The translations under genes were made by a program, and so were the position numbers. From IMG/VR virus record IMGVR_UViG_3300020180_001139: a stretch of DNA of 20,000 bases; one strand, given 5' to 3'. The stretch is from an uncultured virus (IMG/VR IMGVR_UViG_3300020180_001139). Its lineage: Duplodnaviria; Heunggongvirae; Uroviricota; Caudoviricetes. This document shows positions 8,579-17,250 of the stretch, in pieces. The stretch's first letter is position 1; every line of letters begins with the position of its first letter. The notes under the pieces were generated by a model that was not told the DNA's origin, did no database searches, and saw only the letters and a list, made by a program, of their open reading frames with translations.

Positions 8579-9712
8579 ATGATGTCATGCATATCAATTC
8601 AAGCTGAGCTATTTAGAAAGAGGGCTTGTAACGGTCATGCCAAGTTAATTAATAAATTGGCTGCCGCGGCCGTACAGGATCTTCCGCTGTTTATTTCGCA
8701 GCTTGGACGTTTCCTGGAACGTTTTAATAGTGATTATCTTAAAAGTGACGAAATGGAAGAACTTCAGGAAGACACTCCTCAGCTCTTCTTTACCGTATCT
8801 GGAATTAGTAAACGTCTTCAAAATATAAAAGAATTATTATTGGCATTCTACAATACTGATGATGTCAGGGATCTGTCTAGATATTCAAAAGAAATAAATC
8901 AAGAAGCTGTTAATATAAATGAGGACATGGATAATATAAATAAATCAAATTCTGAAATATTTATATTTGAAGATGCGCGGGTTGATGATCTGATCGAACA
9001 AGTTTTGATGAAGGTCGCCGAGTTTTTAATAATTAAAGGAAACGAAAAAGAAATATATAGCGATAATCTCAATGAAAAAGAAGATCCGGATGAAAAAGAA
9101 GATCCGGATGAAGATGAAGAGCCTGAATATATTTCAGAAGATCCTAAGGAAAATACATTAACTCCAGAACAGAGAGAATATCAAAATAAAAAGTTAATAG
9201 AGAAAGAATTTAAAAACTTAACACCTCAACAAACAATTAATTTAAAAGAAATGAATCGGCAAAACGAAAAAGCATTAGAGCGATTTAAATCTTGGTATGC
9301 TAAAAATAAAAATAATCCCAAATTTAGAGAAAAAGAAAAAAATCGTATTCGGCTATACAGGGAACAAAATACAAGTGCCGTTGCCAATCAAGCCGAGCAT
9401 ACAAAAAAATATCGTAATAAGGTAATGAGTATAATTAATAAATTCAAAGAAATAAGAAAATCATATTTATATCTGGAAAATTTACGTAAAACACCGAAAC
9501 AATTAGAAGAATTTAAGCAGGATAATAGTACTGAATATCAAAAAATATTATCTGACTACGTTAGATATAAAAAATTACTGGAAAGTCCAGAAGAATATAA
9601 TAAAGTTATGAACATTGTTAATAGCTATGAAGAAAGAAAGAAGAAAAATGTAGAAGTGGCACGGATTCGTCGTCAAAAGAAAAGAGAAGAATTAATGGCT
9701 GGAAAAGGTTAG
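8579..9712 (+). CDS. Hypothetical protein between TerL and portal; acidic N-half, K/R/E-rich helical C-half
   Basis: 377-aa ORF, visibly more AT-rich than its neighbours, and the only TAG-terminated gene in the block. Confidence 0.7.
   Translation: MMSCISIQAELFRKRACNGHAKLINKLAAAAVQDLPLFISQLGRFLERFNSDYLKSDEMEELQEDTPQLFFTVSGISKRLQNIKELLLAFYNTDDVRDLSRYSKEINQEAVNINEDMDNINKSNSEIFIFEDARVDDLIEQVLMKVAEFLIIKGNEKEIYSDNLNEKEDPDEKEDPDEDEEPEYISEDPKENTLTPEQREYQNKKLIEKEFKNLTPQQTINLKEMNRQNEKALERFKSWYAKNKNNPKFREKEKNRIRLYREQNTSAVANQAEHTKKYRNKVMSIINKFKEIRKSYLYLENLRKTPKQLEEFKQDNSTEYQKILSDYVRYKKLLESPEEYNKVMNIVNSYEERKKKNVEVARIRRQKKREELMAGKG
9072..9107 (+). repeat. 18-bp coding tandem duplication (EKEDPD x2)
   Basis: atgaaaaagaagatccgg repeated twice. 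Confidence 0.85.
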
Positions 9713-9762
9713 CGCGTTTCGCGCCCGTGCCATGTCGTTTGATATATTGTTAGGTACTAATA

Positions 9763-11469
9763 ATGAAATCCGCATCAGAAAGCTTTATAAATAATAGAGG
9801 TCCGACACTTTCAAGTAATGTTCCTAAATCGGTATCTCAATATCGTCGGGCGACTCTGGAAGAAGAAGTTAGTCAAGGACTCTATCGTAACGGACAATCC
9901 AATAATGAGCCTGAGCCTCGTTACAACGTAACATACCTCACTGGTATGTCCAAGATGGCTACCCTTACATCGGGTAGCGCTGGGTCCGTTGGTACCCAAT
10001 GGAGAGGCGGTAACGATACGGGCCGTTTAGGCCCGGAAATCTACTCTCCGTTATGGTTAAATTCGAATCTCTCCTTACCGAGAGATCTCGCAACCATCAA
10101 TGCTTGGTGTCGATCCTTCTTTGCTCTGAATCCATTAGTTCATAATGCGATCAGTCTTCACAGCACCTATCCTATCAGTAAACTAAATATCAGATGTGCG
10201 GATAAGAGAGTTGAGCGGCATTTTAATGAAATGATCGAAGAAATCGATCTTATGAATGTTTGCTGCCAGATTGCTCAAGAATATTGGCTGCTTGGTGAAT
10301 CATTCATTTATGCCGAATTGGATGAGGCGACAGCCAAATGGAGTCGTCTTCTTATCCAGAACCCTGATTATGTGGTGGTGCGGAAGACTGCCAATCCTAA
10401 TGAACCCGTAATCATGTTGAGACCCGATGAGAATTTAAGAAGAATTGTCTTTTCTAAAAAACCAGCGGATCTCGAACAACAGAAACAATTAGGTCCGAGA
10501 ATAGTACAGTACGTTCAACGTGGCCAGAATATTCCTCTTGATAATTTTTACATATCGCACATTTCAAGAAAAATCAGCCCGTATTCGATCCGAGGCACTG
10601 GTCTACCGGTGAGTATATTTAGACAATTGATGTTATTTGACAAGCTGAGAGAGTCGAAGTTTGCTCAGGCTGAAGGAATGATAAATCCATTAACATTGGT
10701 AAAGGTCGGGTCGACAGATTATAAACCAACACCAGCGGATCTGGAAACCTGGAGAAATATATTTGCCGAAGCCCAAAGTGATAAAGATTTTAAGATCTTT
10801 ACACATGAAGCCGTTACGGTTGAAAAGATAGGTTCGGGAACCGGCATTTATGATGTTGCTGGCGACATAACTCAGCTATTTAAAGAAATGTATACCGGAT
10901 TGATGGTTCCATCAGTCCTAATGGATGGTGGGGGCGAGACCACGTATGCCAATGGTGGCGTTGCGTTGGATGTTCTGAGACAGCGTTACATGCAATTTAG
11001 AAATATGCTTGGGTCCTGGTTGAAGCGAAAAATTTTCGCCCCAATATCTAAAATCAACGGATTTTATGATTATAAGGATAAAGAGAAAATTCTAATCATT
11101 CCGGAGATTGATTGGAATCATATGTCACTGTTCGATACTGGAGATTACATACAAAATCTCATACAGTTAACAGCAGACACGAAAACAAAAAGAGTTTCTA
11201 TCCATACGCTTTATAGATCCTTGGGTCTGGAATATGAAAATGAAACCAGAATGATTCGTCGGGAAGACATTCAAGAAGCAATTAGGGAAAAAGAGCAGGC
11301 AAGCCTCGCTGCGATGTCACTGACTCAACTCCGGACTCTTACCGAAGATGATGAAATTACAGAAACGGATGCCGAAGGCGAGGCCGGAGCTGCCCTTCCG
11401 GGAGAAATGTCCGGATTGGGTGACAGCGGTCCTCCGCCTCCGCCACCTCCACCCCCGCCACCAGGCTGA
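9763..11469 (+). CDS. Portal protein
   Basis: 568 aa, downstream of TerL. Portal-like succession: FFALNPLVHNAISLHSTYP, QEYWLLGESFIY, ISHISRKISPYSIRGTG, GLMVPSVLMDG...TYAN...LRQRYMQFRNML..WL...IF. Acidic and poly-Pro C-terminal tail. Confidence 0.82.
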   Translation: MKSASESFINNRGPTLSSNVPKSVSQYRRATLEEEVSQGLYRNGQSNNEPEPRYNVTYLTGMSKMATLTSGSAGSVGTQWRGGNDTGRLGPEIYSPLWLNSNLSLPRDLATINAWCRSFFALNPLVHNAISLHSTYPISKLNIRCADKRVERHFNEMIEEIDLMNVCCQIAQEYWLLGESFIYAELDEATAKWSRLLIQNPDYVVVRKTANPNEPVIMLRPDENLRRIVFSKKPADLEQQKQLGPRIVQYVQRGQNIPLDNFYISHISRKISPYSIRGTGLPVSIFRQLMLFDKLRESKFAQAEGMINPLTLVKVGSTDYKPTPADLETWRNIFAEAQSDKDFKIFTHEAVTVEKIGSGTGIYDVAGDITQLFKEMYTGLMVPSVLMDGGGETTYANGGVALDVLRQRYMQFRNMLGSWLKRKIFAPISKINGFYDYKDKEKILIIPEIDWNHMSLFDTGDYIQNLIQLTADTKTKRVSIHTLYRSLGLEYENETRMIRREDIQEAIREKEQASLAAMSLTQLRTLTEDDEITETDAEGEAGAALPGEMSGLGDSGPPPPPPPPPPPG

Positions 11470-11558
11470 TCGTTTGGCCTTTGTTTGTTCTGTATAACAT
11501 CAGTTCTGCGGATATTTGCGTATATTTTTTAGAAATTTCTACTCAATAATTGGTAACC

Positions 11559-12989
11559 ATGAACGATAGCAATCAAAAAATAATCCTCGAAAAACTAGCA
11601 CAAAAAAGATCTCTCCGGGATCGTTTCCGGCAGAATTTTGATATTGGGAGCCACGCTCAGGCTTTTTTCGATCCTTCTTTTAAAGAGTTTCGAAAAAAAC
11701 TAATGACTGCCGATAATGAAGCGCGTGAGTTAGGTTCGAATCTTCTTGATTTCAAAAGGAATTCAGAAGGCTCGTTTAGAGATAAGAATTATCTTTTCTG
11801 TGCATTCCAAGTAGGAAGATATTACGATACACTTGATCAGATTGTTGAAAAGTTGATGTCACCATTTAGTGATTTTGCGATTCGTGAAAAAGAATTACTT
11901 ATTGATCATCTTGATCCGGAGGTTCGTCAGGAGCTTATCCGAAGAATGAAAGGCGCGCAAACTCAATCTGATCCGATAATCAAGAAAGCTTTTTTTGATT
12001 GGCTAAGGAATATGGTCAGCACGAGAAGAAAGGCTGTTTCTAATCTTGAGAAACGGTTCAATAAGTTTGATGATTTGAGAAACGGATTATCTTTAGCTTT
12101 AAAGCAACTTGATCGTGTTAATGATCAGGTAATGGTGTCATTCAAGACTTTATCGGAAGCATTATCTGTTGGAGATTCTGCTACTTATGAAAAAAATGTT
12201 AAATCTTTGAGATTGCTCGCCAGTACGAATCATAAACAGTTTAATGAATTTTTCAAAAAGACCGTCGCGCCGTTCCAGGCATATCTGGAAAAGGAGCTAG
12301 ATGTTGAAGCTCCGAAAGATAATGTTGTCTCGACCGAACCTGCACCAACTGGCTCGACTGCCCCCGCAACAACAAATCCGGCCACCCCCGCAACAACAAC
12401 AAATCCAGCTGCTGAAAGCAATTCTCAACCCAGCAGCTCCTCGCCCGCGCCCACTTGGGTAACGGCTCCGGTATCGAATTGGGGAGCTGCTCGCCCCGGG
12501 GATCAGTTATCTCTATTTAATCGGCCTGCGCCCAGCGCGGCTCCGCAACCTACTTCACCCGCCGTATCTACAAATATACAAGAAGATATAAAAAACGAAT
12601 TGGAAGGAACGATTCCTCCGGTTCCACCAGTTACGGCTCCAGTTTTTTCTGCGGTGACCAATTTATCAAAAGCTACACCTGGAGCCAAGCCTGCACCAAA
12701 ACCATCAGCTCCAAAACCGCCACCACTTCCCAAAAAAGAAAAACCAGCTCCGATAAAAGCAAAACCAGCTCCGATAAAAGCAAAACCCGCACCTACTCCG
12801 GGCATTCCTTCCGCCTCTCCAGAGGTATCGGCATCAATCAAATTAGATTTCCTGACTAAATTAGCCTTTGCTAAAAATAAACAAGAAATGATACATGGTA
12901 TTTTGTCTTATTCGGAATTGATGGAAGATCAGGATCCGAACATGAGTATGAAATTACTAGCGATAGCGGAAGGGCTGGCAGATGAATGA
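11559..12989 (+). CDS. Hypothetical head-associated protein: helical N-domain, long P/A/T/K linker, short C-terminal helical module
   Basis: ORF track gives 11550 (TTG); the in-frame ATG at 11559 is more likely. Overlaps the next gene by 8 nt. Confidence 0.7.
   Translation: MNDSNQKIILEKLAQKRSLRDRFRQNFDIGSHAQAFFDPSFKEFRKKLMTADNEARELGSNLLDFKRNSEGSFRDKNYLFCAFQVGRYYDTLDQIVEKLMSPFSDFAIREKELLIDHLDPEVRQELIRRMKGAQTQSDPIIKKAFFDWLRNMVSTRRKAVSNLEKRFNKFDDLRNGLSLALKQLDRVNDQVMVSFKTLSEALSVGDSATYEKNVKSLRLLASTNHKQFNEFFKKTVAPFQAYLEKELDVEAPKDNVVSTEPAPTGSTAPATTNPATPATTTNPAAESNSQPSSSSPAPTWVTAPVSNWGAARPGDQLSLFNRPAPSAAPQPTSPAVSTNIQEDIKNELEGTIPPVPPVTAPVFSAVTNLSKATPGAKPAPKPSAPKPPPLPKKEKPAPIKAKPAPIKAKPAPTPGIPSASPEVSASIKLDFLTKLAFAKNKQEMIHGILSYSELMEDQDPNMSMKLLAIAEGLADE
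12740..12781 (+). repeat. 21-bp coding tandem duplication (KPAPIKA x2)
   Basis: aaaaccagctccgataaaagc repeated twice, followed by a partial third copy. Confidence 0.85.
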
Positions 12990-15006
12990 AATTACAAAAT
13001 TATCTTTCCAACTCTATACCGCACATGACAAAGATATAATTAAAGTTTCAGGCATCCTTGCTAATCTGAAGAATGTAGTTACTAGATTTGTACGAAAAAT
13101 AATGTCACGTGACTATGGTGCGTTCCAGGAACGCAACCAGGAACTAAGAACTATTCTTAGCGGTCTTTACAAATCTTTCGCACGGATCGAAAAGTCAATT
13201 GATGATTTTGATGTACAGGAATATCAGGTTAATCTTAAAGATATTAAGGGGCAGATAAATAGCCTTAATGAGTGGATTAGTAAATCTGAATTAGTTGCTC
13301 AGAAGGTACAGGATGAGGCCAATACTACTTTCAAAGAAAAATTTGAGAATGTAAGCCCGGCTGAACAGGAAAGAGTTAAGACTGAAATCAGTAAAGAAGT
13401 TGTAGCGACAAAACCGCAATCTTCGGAACAATCATCACCAGTTAAATCAGTCAAAAAACCATCCGTCGCTCTCAATTCTGAGCAGGCCGGAATACTTGAA
13501 AAATATCTTAACGATCCCGGCGCTTTTAAAGCGGTCGCAGGTAAAATATTAAGTCAAACTGAGTTTTTCAAACTGATTAATGGATTTTATATTTCACCAG
13601 GCCAGATTGAAATTGTTAAAAACATTTTAAATAAAAATGGAATAACAGTAACGAATGACTCTGCGTTTATCTCGCAGATCCAAAGTAATTGGAAGAATGG
13701 TGAAATGCGAGGGTGGAAGTACAGCTCTCTTGCATCAGAAGATAACGGAGATCCGGTCGGTGGTCTGGAAATCCCTTTGGATTATTCCAAATTTTCAGAT
13801 AAATCAGGAAAAGTATCTTTAGTTATTCATTGCAGGTTCCATCTTTCCAATTCTAATAATTCTTTGCACGTTAAAAAGATATCTAATCAATTAAAAATCA
13901 CACCTATTGTTAATGAGCCAGATCAGGATGAGGAATATCCGAAATCAAGAGACATTAATGATAAGTATGATGATTTACTTATAGCCGAGAATGATAGGTT
14001 TGGTGCGGATGATTATCAAATCAACGTAACAGCTTCGTTAAATCCTCCCATGACCCTGTCGGATAAGGGTATCAAATTCATTGTAGATCAGGAAGGATTT
14101 AGAGAGGATGCTTATCCCGACGGTAATGGATTTGCGATCGGATATGGACATTCATTACCAAAAGGCGTCACGACTGGAAAAATAACAAAAAATGAAGCTT
14201 TGACATTTTTTCGTTCAGACATTAATAAAGTTGAAAAGGGTATTAATGATTTTGTTTCGGTTACTTTGAACCAGGATCAGTTTGATGCATTGGTATCGTT
14301 TGCATTTAATATTGGTGTTGCGGGTCTGGGAAACTCTACCCTTCTTAAGAAACTAAATCAGGGAGATTATGAAGGCGCGGCCCAGGAATTCAAACAATAT
14401 AATAAATCAAAAGATAAAAATGACAAATTACAAATTCATCCAGTATTGACTAATCGGCGTGCAGCTGAAGCACAAATATTCTCAGGCTCGGGTCCGACCA
14501 AATCTCTCACGCCTGCACCGGAATCAGCTCCGGCTGAAGAAAATGTTTCGATTGCCAGGTTACTAAATACGTTAGGGCTGAAAGATATCAAGCCTACACC
14601 AAACTTTTTAAATGATATCTTGACGGGACTTCCATCTTGGGCCGGTTCAGAATCCGTTGCGATAAATGTAATCGGTGCGGATCTGCCAACTCAAACATCT
14701 TATTTAATGATGCTCAAATCATCGTTAAGGCATGACCTGAAGGTTGACTCTCAATTCAGATCTAGTGGATTACCATACCTTATTGTTAATGCGGGCCAAG
14801 ATGAGGTTATGGAATTATTGTCAGATTTTCATAAAACATTCGTTAATCGTTATAGTGATGAAATGTATTTTATTGTAAAATCAGCCAGTACCATCGCTAG
14901 TAATCCAGGAACTCTCATGGATCATGAAAAAGTTTCTAGAAACAAAAGAATTTTTGAGTTAAAGAAATTAGCAGGGCTCAGAGCTAACAACATCGCAAAT
15001 GATTAA
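12982..15006 (+). CDS. Multidomain protein with an internal GH24 (phage lysozyme) domain at about 14050-14481; probable virion-associated peptidoglycan hydrolase
   Basis: LSDKGIKFIVDQEGFREDAYPDGNGFAIGYGH, LNQDQFDALVSFAFNIG, STLLKKLNQGDYEGAAQEF, LTNRRAAEAQIF. Catalytic Glu codon at 14092. Confidence 0.9.
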   Translation: MNEITKLSFQLYTAHDKDIIKVSGILANLKNVVTRFVRKIMSRDYGAFQERNQELRTILSGLYKSFARIEKSIDDFDVQEYQVNLKDIKGQINSLNEWISKSELVAQKVQDEANTTFKEKFENVSPAEQERVKTEISKEVVATKPQSSEQSSPVKSVKKPSVALNSEQAGILEKYLNDPGAFKAVAGKILSQTEFFKLINGFYISPGQIEIVKNILNKNGITVTNDSAFISQIQSNWKNGEMRGWKYSSLASEDNGDPVGGLEIPLDYSKFSDKSGKVSLVIHCRFHLSNSNNSLHVKKISNQLKITPIVNEPDQDEEYPKSRDINDKYDDLLIAENDRFGADDYQINVTASLNPPMTLSDKGIKFIVDQEGFREDAYPDGNGFAIGYGHSLPKGVTTGKITKNEALTFFRSDINKVEKGINDFVSVTLNQDQFDALVSFAFNIGVAGLGNSTLLKKLNQGDYEGAAQEFKQYNKSKDKNDKLQIHPVLTNRRAAEAQIFSGSGPTKSLTPAPESAPAEENVSIARLLNTLGLKDIKPTPNFLNDILTGLPSWAGSESVAINVIGADLPTQTSYLMMLKSSLRHDLKVDSQFRSSGLPYLIVNAGQDEVMELLSDFHKTFVNRYSDEMYFIVKSASTIASNPGTLMDHEKVSRNKRIFELKKLAGLRANNIAND

Positions 15007-15724
15007 ATTATCATTTATACGTAAACTTCCTAACGGGAAATATAGAGTCGTGTCTAAAAAAGGCCGAAATCTCGGTACCTACACGACTCTAGAAGAAGCC
15101 AAGGAAAGATTACGTATGGTTGAGTGGTTTAAACATAAATCAAAATTTAAAAAGAAAGCATCCGAAACCACGATCTCGACCAATCTCAACTCTATAAAAG
15201 AATTAACTTATTCAGAAATTCATCGTCAATTAAGACAATCTGGTGATGAAACGATACTAGAGGGTTTTAGATCTGTATTTAAATTTTATTTTGATCTTTA
15301 CTGCTATAAATATCCTGATAAATGTGAAATCATGGCTATCAGTAAAACTTTAAATATATTACATGCGATCCAGCCTATTCAGTTGGAAGATCGGCATGCC
15401 AGTAATATAATTTCAGGACTAGTAAAAACAGCCGAACCGGTTAATCTTGGTGACCCTAAAATTGCCGCTAGATATTTGTCTGACTTTATAAAGTTTCTTT
15501 TAAGAAGAATATCTCCAGAATCACGAACCAGGTCTATGCAGAACCTTGCTACAAAAATTCAAAACTTAAATGAATTAGACATAGCTTCGAAGAAGACTCC
15601 GGTCTCTGCATCTATCGGACAATCAATAACTCTTGTTAAAAACGTCCTGACGAATCAAAATCCACAATATATACGAGAGGTTTTGAAAGAAATAGCTAAT
15701 CATTTGATGACAGGTAGCCAATGA
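14999..15724 (+). CDS. Hypothetical protein with a small basic N-terminal beta-beta-beta-alpha-like module
   Basis: 241 aa, N-terminus IRKLPNGKYRVVSKKGRNLGTYTTLEEAKERLRMVEWFKH. Overlaps its neighbours on both sides. Confidence 0.72.
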   Translation: MIKLSFIRKLPNGKYRVVSKKGRNLGTYTTLEEAKERLRMVEWFKHKSKFKKKASETTISTNLNSIKELTYSEIHRQLRQSGDETILEGFRSVFKFYFDLYCYKYPDKCEIMAISKTLNILHAIQPIQLEDRHASNIISGLVKTAEPVNLGDPKIAARYLSDFIKFLLRRISPESRTRSMQNLATKIQNLNELDIASKKTPVSASIGQSITLVKNVLTNQNPQYIREVLKEIANHLMTGSQ

Positions 15725-16452
15725 TTCGCCGTTTTGTACAGGTAGATCCGTATGTTTTGAGGGGCTCCGCTCCAACACGTCAAGATGTAATTATACTGAA
15801 TAAACGTTTTAATGTAAAAAGAATCATAAGCCTTGATTTCAACTCTGGTAATGAAATATCAGAAATATGTTTTATATTAGGAATCCAGCATATTATGATT
15901 CCGATATTTGTAAAACAATACAATTCTTTACATAAATTAAAATCTATCGATCTGAATGAACTATTTCGGTACAACGGCAATAGTCCTGAAGATGGAAAAA
16001 CATTTGTCCATTGTCTTCAGGGCAAGGATAGAACTGGATTGATGGTTGCCTTGTATAGGATCCAGAATAAATGGCCTGCTGAAAAGGCACGTGAAGAGGC
16101 TATTAAATTGGATTTTGGAAAAAATCTACCTACTGAAGTGACTCGTGCATATATGAAAGTTATGGATGATAATTCAGCTTTTGATATTCCGATGCAGAGC
16201 GATTATATTGCTGATTCAAAATTCAATAATAATTTTCAGAATTCTTTCGCACCGTACGATTCTGACGTGACGCCTCAAGAACAATACGGAATTGTAAATC
16301 AATGGTCAACGAATTTAGATTTTTGGGATAATAGAGAAATTCCTACGGATCCAAGATTTGTTGGAGAATCTGTGCCTCGTGTGGGCGAATTTGATAATTA
16401 TACTGCAATGAATTGTTTTGGCCCGGTTGGCGTGGGAGGCGGTTTCGTATGA
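15721..16452 (+). CDS. Cysteine-based protein-tyrosine/dual-specificity phosphatase family protein
   Basis: P-loop HCLQGKDRTG (16009-16038), N-terminal FVQVDPYVLRGSAP, and VKRIISL, then ALYRIQNKWPAEKAREEA, as in atypical DSP (Siw14-like) enzymes. Low-complexity C-terminal extension. Confidence 0.88.
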   Translation: MIRRFVQVDPYVLRGSAPTRQDVIILNKRFNVKRIISLDFNSGNEISEICFILGIQHIMIPIFVKQYNSLHKLKSIDLNELFRYNGNSPEDGKTFVHCLQGKDRTGLMVALYRIQNKWPAEKAREEAIKLDFGKNLPTEVTRAYMKVMDDNSAFDIPMQSDYIADSKFNNNFQNSFAPYDSDVTPQEQYGIVNQWSTNLDFWDNREIPTDPRFVGESVPRVGEFDNYTAMNCFGPVGVGGGFV

Positions 16453-17015
16453 AAAAATACTCTTTTAACATGAGAATGAATTATGACATTAGCGATGCCG
16501 AACAGGTCAGGGCTGAGAAATGTTTAGACGGATTAGATAAACTGATCCTTACGTGTGATGCATTTCAGAGTCACCTAGATAAGATACAGATTCCATTTAA
16601 AGAGAATCAGGATATAACTCCAGAGCAGATTTGGAAATTCAGGTCGGTATTTAGAAATTATCGTGATGAGGCAAAAATTAAATTTTTATCCATCCAGGAA
16701 GAGGCATTTAAGTGCAGCGATCTTCTTAATGAGTTTTCTTCGGATACTCAAGTTGAAAAAATGATCAGTTCTTTTGATGGCTGTATGGAAGACCTATCAC
16801 AATGTTTTGATGATTTTTGCGAGACTTTCGATGCCATGCAGGCAAAGGAATTTAAAGAACTGAACATTGCCGCGATAGATAAATTGAATAAAAAGATAAA
16901 AGAATTGAAACAACTTATTGACGAGCGAGTAGCGAAATTTATGCAAAATGATATATTGGATAGCAACTGGTATGATAAATTTATAAAAGAAAAAGAAAAA
17001 TTGCAGTCAATTTAA
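16449..17015 (+). CDS. Hypothetical alpha-helical bundle protein
   Basis: ORF track gives 16413. The in-frame ATG at 16449 forms an ATGA overlap with the phosphatase stop and is the more likely start, giving 188 aa. Confidence 0.72.
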   Translation: MKKYSFNMRMNYDISDAEQVRAEKCLDGLDKLILTCDAFQSHLDKIQIPFKENQDITPEQIWKFRSVFRNYRDEAKIKFLSIQEEAFKCSDLLNEFSSDTQVEKMISSFDGCMEDLSQCFDDFCETFDAMQAKEFKELNIAAIDKLNKKIKELKQLIDERVAKFMQNDILDSNWYDKFIKEKEKLQSI

Positions 17016-17058
17016 ACACATATTTTTACCAAACTTATAATATTTTATTTGAGGATTC

Positions 17059-17250
17059 ATGATAATTAAACGCGGCGATGGAAAAATCTTAACAGTTATT
17101 GAAGATCAGGATGAGATTGACTCAGCTCGAATCAATCATTCAAAAGTGGCTACGGATGTTGAATTAGAGTCAGACGGAACCTCACCGTTGGTGCAGGATA
17201 AATTGCAAATTACGAAACCGCTACCTAGCAAGAAACCCGAGAGTAACTAA
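17059..17250 (+). CDS. Small hypothetical protein directly upstream of the prohead protease
   Basis: 63 aa, preceded by a GAGGA SD. Its TAA directly abuts the next ATG (17251). Confidence 0.65.
   Translation: MIIKRGDGKILTVIEDQDEIDSARINHSKVATDVELESDGTSPLVQDKLQITKPLPSKKPESN

Noticed and set aside
9712..9724. GCGCG-TTT-CGCGC mini hairpin after the 8579 ORF
   Set aside because: Only a 5-bp stem with a 3-nt loop and no U-tract; too weak to call a terminator.
14050..14481. Stand-alone endolysin or lysis cassette
   Set aside because: The domain is internal to a 674-aa ORF, with no clear SD before Met14050 and no neighbouring transmembrane holin or spanin genes.
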